Positions 52,716 through 61,832 of a stretch of 64,000 nt of DNA are shown here, piece by piece. How positions within the stretch are numbered: position 1 is the stretch's first letter; each line of letters starts with the position of its first letter. A model generated the notes under the pieces. It made no database searches. It worked only from the letters and a program-made list of their open reading frames with translations, and was not told where the DNA came from. The position numbers and the translations under genes are program-made. The stretch covers positions 3,210-67,209 of the forward strand of contig JACDEL010000005.1 of the NCBI GenBank assembly GCA_013816405.1. Reading direction: 5' to 3'. The stretch is from Chloroflexota bacterium (GTDB lineage Bacteria; Chloroflexota; Limnocylindria; QHBO01).

Positions 52716-53095
52716 CCTCCGAAGGAGACTCGTTCCCCAGATGGGGCAATTCCGTGCTCTGCAGTCTGAGCTGGACGCAATCTCGGTTCTACTACCTCTC
52801 TTGGGGTGCACAGCTAGCCGTGCCGTTCCCCGAAATTCATGCGACGAGCGGTTGCGAATGCGTCACAATGGAAGATGATCGTGCTCTACGCCTACCTCTA
52901 CGTCCCAGGCGCGACGAACATGGACATATCCGTCAGCTTGACCGAATCAGCAGCGTGCACTCAGAGACCGCCATGCAGCGGGATAAACAGCACGGCCTCC
53001 GCCGGCTGGACGCAGCTCTACAACCGCCTTGAACAGTGACGGTCGTAGCGCCCAATCGCTTAATTGGGCGTCGGACATTCGGTACGGGTACTGAG

Positions 53096-53707
53096 ATGAG
53101 GACGTCGATGTCTCGACACCGCTGGAGGTTCGGTGCGCGTGGGCGGGTGGCTCTGGTGGCTGCGGGCGTCGTGGCTGTCGTGTCGGTCGCGGTGGCCGTA
53201 GGCGCTGGTCCGCGTGATGGGTTGCCTCCTGCCAAACAAGCCGCTCTCGATCAGGCTGCCGCTGACCAAGCGAAAGGCCTCGCCAATCCGGCCCCCAAGC
53301 CAACGAGCGACTCCCCTCAAGTGATTCCGCTTGGTCCTCAGGCTCCGACGCCCCAATTCCCCGGCGTGCAGACGGTCAACCCCGGCGCGGGCGTAATCAT
53401 TGAGTCAAGTGCGGCACCACCTGGGGAAAGAACGCGGTCTGGATCAACCTCTGGCAGGAGCAAGGGGAATCGCACGCAATAGGCGTGTACGCTGGGGGGG
53501 GTCGCCGATGATCCAACCCAGGGTCTCGTCGTGTGGGTTCGGAGCGGCCCAGCGCCGGAATTTTCCGACGTCGTGGGTCAAGAGATTCTGACCCCCCGGC
53601 GTGCAGGGCCCGTACACGTCGTGGCTGCTAACGGTGAGGTTCTTACACTGCTCGCGGCGGATGGAACCAGCTTCACTTTCGACGCGAGCACTGGCGTATT
53701 TCAATAA
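53096..53707 (+). pseudogene. Membrane-anchored/secreted protein gene with two apparent frame disruptions (one at a G8 tract)
   Basis: Frame 2 reads MRTSMSRHRWRFGARGRVALVAAGVVAVVSVAVAVG...QTVNPGAGVIIE. Protein-like sequence then continues in frame 1 from 53404 (VKCGTTWGKNAVWINLWQEQGESHAIGVYAGGG). It returns to frame 2 after GGGGGGGG (53494-53501): VADDPTQGLVVWVRSGPAPEFSDVVGQEILTPRRAGPVHVVAANGEVLTLLAADGTSFTFDASTGVFQ*. Confidence 0.5.
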
Positions 53708-53754
53708 GTCCGAACGTTCGAGCACCTGGGTCCGCCCCCGCCCGGGAGTCGTCG

Positions 53755-54810
53755 ATGGCTCACCTCCCGTCCCTGATTCACCGCCCGCTGGCAGGCTGGT
53801 TGGCTGTCCTGCTCGTTATCTTCGCAGCCTCTTGCGCCGCCGCACCATACCCAACAGCCACGTCCACCTTCACGGATAGTGTTGCGTCCCCCTCTCTCGC
53901 GCCAACCTTACCGCCGGCAGGCCGCATCGTCCGCACCATCCCCGTGACCGTGAATCTCCTCGGAGCTCTGAGTCTTGCGGAAGGCGATGGCAGCATCTGG
54001 GTGGCCGTGAGCGGCTTGCCAAGTGGTCGGGTACTGCGCATCGATGCTCAGTCCGGTCGCCAAATCGCTGAGATCCCAGTCGGTTGGGCTCCTGCGGGAC
54101 TAACCGTCGTCGGGAATGAGGTCTGGGTCGCCGATACAATCGGTGACGGTTCGCAGGCCACAGCCAAACAGAACCTCGTCGAGGTCATCGATGCGCAACG
54201 CAACGCGGTCGTTCGCCACTATGAGGTTCCTGTACCCGAGGACCTTGCCCCGCTCGACGGGGCCGTATGGGTCGTTAGTGCCGACGGGAGTGACCACAGC
54301 ACCATCCGACGCCTTGATGACGGAATTCTGTCTCGGTCATACACCCTCCCGGAACCTGGCGCGACGAGGCTCGTGGTGGCGAACCAGATACTGTGGGCCG
54401 CAACATGGTCGGGCTCTGACACGACGCACCTTTGGGGAATCGACGTGGCACGAGCCCAGATTCCGACGCCAATCTCGGTTGGGGGGAACGTCTCCGCTTT
54501 GGCGACTGACGGTTCAGATTTGTATCTCGCAGGATCGCCCGCGATCGGACTCGTCTCGGAGATCTCTCCGGTGAGCCAGGCACTGGTCGCAACGTCGCGA
54601 TCGTTCGATGCATTACAGGCGATCAGCGCGACATCAACCGCGGTGTGGGTGGCCACAGGCTTGGGCGAGCTTTACGAGTTGTCCCATGGACATCTCACGG
54701 AGGTGGGTCGGTTAGCGAATCTCGGCGGCACTCCCTCACAGCTGCTCGTCAACGACCACGTTTGGATCATGACTGATGCTGGTCTAGTCGAGGTCCAGCC
54801 GACCCCCTAA
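53755..54810 (+). CDS. Lipoprotein with beta-propeller-like repeats
   Basis: The signal/lipobox is WLAVLLVIFAASC. There are repeated (V/I)WVA... blades: SIWVAVSG, EVWVADT, AVWVVSAD, ILWAATW, DLYLAGS, AVWVATG and HVWIMTD. Confidence 0.7.
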   Translation: MAHLPSLIHRPLAGWLAVLLVIFAASCAAAPYPTATSTFTDSVASPSLAPTLPPAGRIVRTIPVTVNLLGALSLAEGDGSIWVAVSGLPSGRVLRIDAQSGRQIAEIPVGWAPAGLTVVGNEVWVADTIGDGSQATAKQNLVEVIDAQRNAVVRHYEVPVPEDLAPLDGAVWVVSADGSDHSTIRRLDDGILSRSYTLPEPGATRLVVANQILWAATWSGSDTTHLWGIDVARAQIPTPISVGGNVSALATDGSDLYLAGSPAIGLVSEISPVSQALVATSRSFDALQAISATSTAVWVATGLGELYELSHGHLTEVGRLANLGGTPSQLLVNDHVWIMTDAGLVEVQPTP

Positions 54811-54818
54811 CCGCCCGC

Positions 54819-54848
54819 GAGCGGGCCGAGCGCCTCGGCCCGCTCTTT
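54819..54848 (+). terminator. Intrinsic terminator: 12-bp GC-rich stem GAGCGGGCCGAG-cgc-CTCGGCCCGCTC followed by TTT
   Basis: The stem is 54819-54830 / 54834-54845 and the T-run is 54846-54848. It lies 9 nt after the lipoprotein stop codon (54808-54810), between convergent genes. Confidence 0.7.
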
Positions 54849-54947
54849 ACGCGGAGACGTGGAACTTGGAGAGCGCCGGCCGACCAGGCCGAGCAGTCAG
54901 TCGACCCCCTCTCCCTATACCCCCGGTTGATTCACACTCCCCGCGAG

Positions 54948-56497
54948 TCACTTCGAGACCGCCATGCTACGAAGCGACTCCCACCAGCGCGGATGCGGGG
55001 TCCGCAGCCCTCGCCTGACGAGCGCGCAGTAGCCGACCGACAGCCCGGTCACCGCCGCCAACTTGCGCACCGGCACCCCTTGGATCAGCGGCAGGATTTC
55101 ATGCCGAAAGCTGTCGGGATCTGACGGCTGCCTATGGGATCCATCCCAAGCCAGCGCCTCAACACGTCGTCGTCGCTGCACGATTCGCTGCTTCGCTCTA
55201 GCTTCGCGGCTCGCCGCGGGATCGCCGCCGATCGCCCGCAGGTCGGCACGAATCGCGCGAGCTGCAGCTAGGCCAGCGAAACTTGCCTTGAGTCTGACTT
55301 CAGTCCGGCAGCGATCGCACCATGAACGGCCCGCAGTAACCCCGACGCCGCAATTCCGACAGATCGGTTGTGCCACGCTCGGGTCCCGGCGCCCCACTGC
55401 ACGTTTGGTCGCGTTCGGAATGGGTCCCGCCCGGCCGAGCGGTTCGCCTGGGTGAGCATGGTCGGCAGCTGACCGACCCGGGAACCCGGGCCGTCGGCGA
55501 AAGCCTGAGCGACGCGTTCAACGATAGGTGCCAAGAGGCGCGCCCAATGCGGTGCCGTTTCTGCCAGACGGTGAGTCAGCGGAGGCAGGACGCGACATAC
55601 GCCCTGGCGAGTCTCGTAGAAGTCATCTGCGCGGAAGACCGACCTGCGCAGGAGCTCGAGAATGTAGGCGTCAACGTCGGGGCGTATCGCCTCCATCACG
55701 TTGAGCGTCAACGAATCGCGTGACTTCTGGTCGGCGTGCAGCACGCCGAGACCCGGGTCCAACCCGGCGGCAAGGCACGCCAAGCGAGCCTCGGCCTCGA
55801 GAATTGCATACAGATAGTTGAGCAGCGCGTGTGCGGGGGTCGCGGCGAGCCGCGCGTTGCCCGTCAGCGGCGATCGGCGGCGACCGACCGTCCGCCAGTG
55901 CTCGGGCGCATTCGAGGCATCGGCCCGGGTCCATGGCATCGGGACCGAGGCCCACGCGCTCCAGTAGCCGTTGGCGGCTGCCGCCTCAACGATCATCAGT
56001 CTTCAGGCGAGTTGGCTTACCTCGAGCTCCGGCAGCAGCCGCTCGATGGTTTCGACGACATCCGCACAATTAGACAGGTCGGTCGCCACGCGCGCCTGGC
56101 CAGAGAGCTTGCGGGTCAACAGATCGCGAGCGATCGAAAGCCCATGCCCTGTGCCCCAGGCCAGACTCTGGGCTCGTCGCAGGCGCGGGTCGTTCAGACC
56201 GAAGTTTCCTGAGGTGGCCAGGATCCGCCCATCGGGATCAAGGTGGATAAAGGGGACCCCGACGTCTGCCAGCCAACGCATTGCGTCGAGCGTCACGAAG
56301 CCGGTGTGCCCGAGCAGAACGAGTCGGCGGATGCCGTTCGTAGCACGACTGAATCGACTCTCTCAACGGAGCGGGCCGACGCCGTCGCAGACAACCAAGC
56401 GCCCGCGTTCGAGATGCACTCGAATCCCGTAGCCGTCCACTACGCAGACGCCGGACTTGCTGACGGTGATGGGGGTCGTTGTAGGCTGGGTTTGCAT
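54948..56497 (-). pseudogene. cas1: Cas1-like ('Cas1-solo' type) gene with two in-frame TGA codons, one frameshift, and a C-terminal Zn-ribbon/HTH extension
   Basis: ATG 56497 (GGAAGGAG at 56508-56515). One frame reads MQTQPTTTPITVSKSGVCVVDGYGIRVHLERGRLVVCDGVGPLR*ESRF...GIRRLVLLGHTGFVTLDAMRWLADVGVPFIHLDPDGRILATS...LPELEVSQLA*RLMIVEAAAANGYWSAW...AATPAHALLNYLYAILEAEARLACLAAGLDPGLGVLHADQKSRDSLTLNVMEAIRPDVD... The TGAs are at 56363-56365 and 56003-56005. A frameshift near 55420 leads into ...QPICRNCGVGVTAGRSWCDRC...VRKLAAVTGLSVGYCALVRRG (ORF 54948..55397). Confidence 0.7.
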
Positions 56498-57116
56498 GGG
56501 AAGCTAACTCCTTCCTGTGCCACTCCCCCGAGCCGTTACCAGCGGCCGCGGGGGCTAATCTCGCTAGTTCGCCGGGCTCGATCCGATGACGTCGAGAACC
56601 GCGACCATCAGCACCCGCTCTTCGAGCGGGATGCCTCCCAGATCGACGTTTGCGTCCTTGGCATAGAGCGGCAGGATGTCGCGCGCCCAGGCATACCAGC
56701 CGCTGGTGCGAGCCACGACGGTTTCCTCGCCAGCAGTTTGCAGTAGGGCCGCTGTCTAATCACCCTAGCTCGGGCGGCGCCCTGGTTCGTGCAGGGCGGC
56801 CAAAGGGTCCCCTCCGTATTACATCTGCCCACCTAGAAGCGCAGCGATCGTCCGAGCACAAGGCCACAAGATGTAGTGGTGCACCTTCGAGGCGCTGACA
56901 CCGAGGTTGTCGAACACTCGTAATTGTACAGAGGACGGCGGGATTCAAGTCAGGTCTGACCCACTCCATCTTCGCCCGCATGCGGCGAGCCTAGCACCGC
57001 CTAGCGGCCTTCCGACAAGGCTGCTGCGGCGGATGGAGGCAGTGGTACGCTCGCGGCACAAGGGTTGGGATGGCCGGTCCGCGGAGTGATTGGGGGAAGA
57101 CGGAGGGAGCCAACTC

Positions 57117-59066
57117 GTGCGACTGGTTTCGTTGCGTCTCACGGGTTACCGCAGGTTCCTCGATGCACGCGTCTCGCTCGATGCGCCTGTCGTCGCAATC
57201 GTCGGGCCGAACCAGGCAGGCAAAAGCAGCCTCCTCAGTGCTCTTCGGGCCCTGGAGACCGATGATCCGATTTCCGAACGCGATCTCACTCGCAGCGCTC
57301 CGCCTGCGCCCGGCTCAGTGGTTATCGAGGCGCGATACCGACTGGACGCGGAAGCAATACAGGCTTTGGCGGACCACGGCATCAGCAAGCCGCCTCTCTT
57401 CCTCATCGAGCGGAAGAAGCACGAGGGTTCACTCGAGTACACAACTGAGCCGCCGTTAGTCAGGGATCGGGCCCTTCGTCTTCGGACGGTGCCCCGCTTA
57501 CGGAAGGCCTCGCAAAGCCTTTGGGCCAAAGGTCTCGCGGCTATCGAAACGGCGCCTCGTCCTGAGACGCCTGAAGGCGTCTCGACCTCAACGCCGGCTG
57601 AAGCACGGATTTCTGAACTAGCCGTGGCGCTCGATTCAAAGGCGGAGAGCCTACCTACTTCGACGCTCGATCTAATCGATCAGGTCCGGGACCATCTGGC
57701 AGGCGGCGGAGGGAACTCCAAGCGCGAAGAGTTGAGGAACAGTCTTGCGGCGTTGTCACTGACTGAGCGCGAGCTGCACCCCAGTCGTGTCGCGACCAAG
57801 CTTCTCCAAGACCACGTCCCAAGTTATCTGGATTTCGGTAGCGGCGCCCGCATGCTCGAGCCTGAATACGATTTCGCGACTCTCGATCTAACTGAGCCTC
57901 CAGACGCACTCGTCAACCTCTGCTCGGTTGCCGGGCTGGACCTTGGTGCCCTGCAGGGAATTCTGTCTACCACAGACCCAGCCGAGACCGTGAATCTGCT
58001 AGACCCGGCCAATGCGACTCTCGCGTCGGTATTCGGTCAATTCTGGACGCGCGCCAAGTTCTCCTTGCGGCTTGAGCGGGATGGGAGTCGCCTCCACATC
58101 CTCACCGACCGGAAGCCGGGGAAATGGGCGTCAATAGCCGAATCCAGCGACGGAATGCGCGCCTTCGTTGCACTGATGGTATTTGCACATCAAAACCCAT
58201 CAACTCCCCGACCAGTGCTGCTTGTCGACGAGGCGGAGACGCACCTCCACTACGAAGCTCAGGCCGACCTTGTACGCGTTTTTGAGTCGCAGGACGCGGC
58301 AGGGCAGGTGATCTATACGACGCATTCGGCGGGGTGCCTTCCCCAGGACTTGGGACGCGGAGTGAGGGTCGTGGGTCGGATTCCAGAGACGGACACAAGC
58401 GAGATTCGGTCATCGTTTTGGACACTTGGGCCCGGCTTCTCGCCGCTCGTCATTGCGATGGGAGCGAGCGCACTTGCCTTCACACCCACACGATTCGAGG
58501 TAATCGGAGAAGGAGGGTCGGAGACGTTGCTGCTGCCGACCCTTCTTCGCGAGGCGACAGGTCTAGAGAGGCTCGCCTTTCAGGTAGCTCCGGGTCTAGC
58601 GAATGCTTCGTTCGCCCAACTGAAGGAGTTGGGTCTGGAGGCTGCTCGGGTCGCCTATCTTGTCGACAGCGATCAGAGTGGGCGGGACAAGCGGGCTGCC
58701 TATCTCGCTGAGGGCATTCCCCCGAAGTTGGTCGTCTTCCTCGGGGCGTCTAGCACGAGCAACTTCGCTATTGAGGACTTCCTCGACGAAGAGGTGTACC
58801 TCGCCGCTGTGAACCTGGAGAGCGCCGGGCGCCACGACCCTGCATATGAGATCCCCTCAGGCCAACTCCCGCGACGGGGGCGTGCCAAATGGGTAAAGGC
58901 GCGGCATGCTGCGAAAAGACTCCCAACCCTGAGTAAGACTGAGGTGGCTGCCAGGGCTCTTGACATCGCAGTCGGGAGGCTGCTGTCGGACCCAACTCGT
59001 CACAAGACGCTTCGGGCGGTCCATGGGAAGCTGCTTGCTGCGTTGGGGGTTGATGAGACAACGTAG
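57117..59066 (+). CDS. OLD-family nuclease: ABC-type ATPase fused to a Toprim domain (single-gene; could alternatively be a fused PARIS-like AriA-AriB)
   Basis: GTG 57117 has GGAGGGAG at 57102-57109. Motifs are LVSLRLTGYRRF, Walker A IVGPNQAGKSSLL, signature SSDGMRAF, Walker B VLLVDEAETHLH, and Toprim FEVIGEGGSETLLL ... VAYLVDSDQSGRDK. Confidence 0.85.
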   Translation: MRLVSLRLTGYRRFLDARVSLDAPVVAIVGPNQAGKSSLLSALRALETDDPISERDLTRSAPPAPGSVVIEARYRLDAEAIQALADHGISKPPLFLIERKKHEGSLEYTTEPPLVRDRALRLRTVPRLRKASQSLWAKGLAAIETAPRPETPEGVSTSTPAEARISELAVALDSKAESLPTSTLDLIDQVRDHLAGGGGNSKREELRNSLAALSLTERELHPSRVATKLLQDHVPSYLDFGSGARMLEPEYDFATLDLTEPPDALVNLCSVAGLDLGALQGILSTTDPAETVNLLDPANATLASVFGQFWTRAKFSLRLERDGSRLHILTDRKPGKWASIAESSDGMRAFVALMVFAHQNPSTPRPVLLVDEAETHLHYEAQADLVRVFESQDAAGQVIYTTHSAGCLPQDLGRGVRVVGRIPETDTSEIRSSFWTLGPGFSPLVIAMGASALAFTPTRFEVIGEGGSETLLLPTLLREATGLERLAFQVAPGLANASFAQLKELGLEAARVAYLVDSDQSGRDKRAAYLAEGIPPKLVVFLGASSTSNFAIEDFLDEEVYLAAVNLESAGRHDPAYEIPSGQLPRRGRAKWVKARHAAKRLPTLSKTEVAARALDIAVGRLLSDPTRHKTLRAVHGKLLAALGVDETT

Positions 59067-59418
59067 TCCGTTATACCTTCCTGAGGCATTCAGGCCTCAC
59101 CCGCATGACGCGAGCCTAGTATCCGTCCGCCCCAACGTCGCGACCAGGGCCTCTATCTCACCCCGCAGCCGATCAGCTGACGGCCTGTCCGGGTTCGCGT
59201 CGTCTGAATGAGGTCCTCTCCTTTCTCCCTCGAAGATTGAGGCATGTCGCTCGTTGAGAAGCTCCACCCCCGGCCGTTCACGGCGATGAGTCCGAAGATG
59301 CGCCCCCGACTGCAGCGAGCTGTTCCACTAGGCATTCGCCCAAAACTGGCGCATTCCTTACACACTTCCTCACACATTAGGTCTTGATCTCCAGCCGCCA
59401 CGGTCGTAGCGTAGCGGC

Positions 59419-59727
59419 ATGCAACCGGTCGTCACAACCCGCGAACTCCGACGGGACATCCTGGATCTGGCAGAGCGCGCCGTGGCGGGCGAGGCCTTTG
59501 TGGTGATGCGGCATGGCCGTCCGGTCGCCCTGCTCCGCAAGGCCCGCCCTGAGGAGGATCTGCGTCGGGTGCCGATCGAAACGTTCCGGCGCCACATCGC
59601 CCGTTCGTTGCGCCAAGCGCAGCAGCGCCCCCATCTCATCACCTGGCACGGGCGTGACTCGGTCGTACTGGCTCCCGTGCCGTCCGAGCTCATGGAGCAG
59701 CAGCCGGATTCGGAGGAAGAACTGTGA
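59419..59727 (+). CDS. Protein made of two Phd/YefM-like antitoxin-fold repeats
   Basis: Repeat 1 is VVTTRELRRDILDLAERAVAGEAFVVMRHGRPVALL. Repeat 2 is VPIETFRRHIARSLRQAQQRPHLITWHGRDSVVLAPV. Confidence 0.6.
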   Translation: MQPVVTTRELRRDILDLAERAVAGEAFVVMRHGRPVALLRKARPEEDLRRVPIETFRRHIARSLRQAQQRPHLITWHGRDSVVLAPVPSELMEQQPDSEEEL

Positions 59728-60326
59728 CCCTGCGCCGGGACATCCAAGCGCTCGGCATGCGAGAAGCCCGCGAGAAGTGGCGGTCGATTGTGACGCACGT
59801 GATCGATGGCCAGCCCATCCTGATCCTGCGCGACCTCCAGCCGTCAGCGGTCATGCTGCGCTTTGACGAGGTGCAGCGCTGGCGCCGCATCGAGGAGAGC
59901 CTTTCGGCGCTCCACGGCCTCGAGATCTACCCCGAGCTGGCGCGCAGCACGGCCGAGCTGGCGGCGCTCGTTCGCGGACACGAACGGGCGAGTGTCGCCG
60001 CCCTCCGCGGCCTGGCACGCCAGAGCCGCGACATTTTGGGTGCGCTGCGGACGATGGCGGTCAGCGATGTGCCACGTGGGTTCGCCGGCTTACTCGACGA
60101 GATCGAATCGGGACGGCTGATGACCATCGTCGTCAAGAAACAGCTGGCGGTGACGCTCGTCTCACCGCGCGAGTACGACCGCCTGCGAAGCCTGACGCTG
60201 GCAGCGACCTGGTTCCGGACCGCTGGCCTTGACCTGGAGACGGCCGAACCCGACCAGATCAGCGCTTGGGTACGTGACTTCCGGGAGCGACCGGCGGCGG
60301 CGGCCTCCGAAGCGACGGGGGCCTGA
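59724..60326 (+). CDS. Second protein with two Phd/YefM-like repeats
   Basis: It overlaps the previous stop by 4 nt. The repeats are LGMREAREKWRSIVTHVIDGQPILILRDLQPSAVML and MAVSDVPRGFAGLLDEIESGRLMTIVVKKQLAVTLVSPREYDRL. Confidence 0.5.
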   Translation: MTLRRDIQALGMREAREKWRSIVTHVIDGQPILILRDLQPSAVMLRFDEVQRWRRIEESLSALHGLEIYPELARSTAELAALVRGHERASVAALRGLARQSRDILGALRTMAVSDVPRGFAGLLDEIESGRLMTIVVKKQLAVTLVSPREYDRLRSLTLAATWFRTAGLDLETAEPDQISAWVRDFRERPAAAASEATGA

Positions 60327-60337
60327 GGATCCGTCAC

Positions 60338-60721
60338 ATGACTCGTCACGTGCTGTCCGCGCACCGCCGGCTTCTGGCCAGCCTCGCAGGCGCTCTGCTG
60401 TGGCTGGTGGTCCTCGGGAGCCCTGCGTTCGGCGCCGACGTACCTCCCGGCGCGAAGGAGGCGCTGGCGCCGGTGATGCGCATGATTGGGACACTGGTGG
60501 CCATCGCCATCGGCCTGGGCATCGCCATGTGTGGCGCGGTCATCGTATGGGGCGGCATCGAGAAGACGATGGCCGGCGCCAACGCCGACGCCGAGCATCG
60601 AGCGCAGCGCCGGATTGCCAACGGCATCAGTGGCCTGCTGTGGATGATCGGCGCATCGGTCATTGTCGGGACCCTGACCGCCATCGCGGTCGCCTACGGC
60701 CTGATCGACAAGCCGTTCTGA
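60338..60721 (+). CDS. Small membrane protein with signal peptide and two TM helices (TrbC/VirB2 pilin-like topology)
   Basis: The signal is LLASLAGALLWLVVLGSPAFGA. The two hydrophobic helices are IGTLVAIAIGLGIAMCGAVIVWGG and GLLWMIGASVIVGTLTAIAVAYG. The call rests on topology only. Confidence 0.45.
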   Translation: MTRHVLSAHRRLLASLAGALLWLVVLGSPAFGADVPPGAKEALAPVMRMIGTLVAIAIGLGIAMCGAVIVWGGIEKTMAGANADAEHRAQRRIANGISGLLWMIGASVIVGTLTAIAVAYGLIDKPF

Positions 60722-60734
60722 GCCGGTCGATGCC

Positions 60735-61832
60735 ATGGCCTTCGCCGCCCGACTCCGCGCCGCACTCCCGCTGCCCAAGGACGAGGGTGACGCTCATCCG
60801 CACCTCTCGCGGGTCGCGCTGCTCTTCCTGGTGCTGGCGCTGGGCGGCCTCGGACTCGCCGTCGTGGGCAGGACGCCCACCGCGCCGGAGCGGCCGACTC
60901 CGGCGCTCATCGGGACCGAGGCCGCCCGCTTGCCGCGCGGCGAGCTGCCGCTCATCGGCGATCCGATCCGCGACCTGACGATCTGGTACGCGCAGCGCGT
61001 CAGCGACGCCAACCGCGCGGCGGTCGAGAACCTCAAGGGGAACTTTCTGACGCCGATCGACCCGCTGACCGATCAGGCCACCACCGACCTGTACGGCAAG
61101 ATGCTGGTCATCACCATCCCGCTGCTGACGCTCGGCGGGCTGATCCTGGGCTACCTGATCATGGTGGCGCGCACCAGCGGCGAATCGGCGTACGCGGTGC
61201 GCTCGGTCACGCCGCGTTTCGTGGTCGGGGCGGTGCTCTCGATCTGCGGCATCTTCGGCGTCAGCGTGCTGGCCCAGTTCGTGATCGCCACCGACCTGGC
61301 CATGGTCGGCGTCTCGGTCTCCCCCGCGCAGGTCGGCGGCGCCGAGCAGTGGCCGGCCGGCGGCGGCGTGTTCCTGGTGCTGCAGCGCGGCGGCTTCGAC
61401 CCGCGCATCGGCGAGGGGCCGGCCAACTGGAACTCGGGCGCCTGGCTCAGCTCCGGCCTGCTGGCGGCGGTGCTGATGACCTTCCTGCAGATGATGAACG
61501 CGGTGCTCGGCGCGGTGGAGCGCCTGCTGGTGCTGCTCGGCCCGATCTGCCTGGCCGCCTACGCCCTGCCGGCCACCCAGCGCCTGGCCAACCTGTGGCT
61601 GAAGCTGCTGTCCGCGGTGCTGGCGGTGCGCTTCGGCTGGGCGATCGTGTTCATCCTGTTCAGCCTGCAGGTGCCGCCGCACCTCAACGACGCATGGGTG
61701 CCGCTGAGCGTGGGCGACACCAACGCGCTGATCGGGCTGGCGGTGGGTGCCGCGGCGCTGATGCTGGTCCTGCCGCCGATCCTGGTCAACCTGGTCCTCA
61801 ACTCGCCCGGACCGCTGAGGGTCGAGCGGTGA
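60735..61832 (+). CDS. Polytopic membrane protein (VirB6/TrbL-like topology)
   Basis: 365 aa with at least 6 hydrophobic helices, in a secretion-gene context. The antisense ORF 60660..61904 is Arg/Gln/His-rich shadow. Confidence 0.5.
   Translation: MAFAARLRAALPLPKDEGDAHPHLSRVALLFLVLALGGLGLAVVGRTPTAPERPTPALIGTEAARLPRGELPLIGDPIRDLTIWYAQRVSDANRAAVENLKGNFLTPIDPLTDQATTDLYGKMLVITIPLLTLGGLILGYLIMVARTSGESAYAVRSVTPRFVVGAVLSICGIFGVSVLAQFVIATDLAMVGVSVSPAQVGGAEQWPAGGGVFLVLQRGGFDPRIGEGPANWNSGAWLSSGLLAAVLMTFLQMMNAVLGAVERLLVLLGPICLAAYALPATQRLANLWLKLLSAVLAVRFGWAIVFILFSLQVPPHLNDAWVPLSVGDTNALIGLAVGAAALMLVLPPILVNLVLNSPGPLRVER

Noticed and set aside
52839-53070. 66-codon ORF (52839..53039) followed by the hairpin CGCCCAAT-n6-ATTGGGCG (53049-53070)
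   Set aside because: Third-position GC is visibly lower than in the neighbouring genes. There is no SD, no recognisable motif, and no T-run after the hairpin. I keep it only as a possible small gene or regulatory hairpin.
56003-56365. TGA recoding (selenocysteine, or genetic code 4/25) to rescue the Cas1-like frame
   Set aside because: Other well-supported genes in the window terminate at TGA (for example gajA at 10359-10361 and abiEi at 4331-4333). The Cas1-like gene also needs a frameshift and has a substituted catalytic Asp. Pseudogenisation is the simpler reading.
54811-57116. Search for a CRISPR array or cas2 next to the Cas1-like gene
   Set aside because: Reading both flanks (54811-54947 and 56498-57116), I found no 25-40 nt direct repeats with regular spacing and no Cas2-like ORF. 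I found only a terminator hairpin and a short 50-codon fragment.
59153-59401. 82-aa minus ORF, and a 46-codon plus ORF, between the OLD gene and the Phd-like genes
   Set aside because: They have no SD and no motif, and their composition is atypical. They are more likely promoter or leader DNA for the Phd-like/secretion operon.
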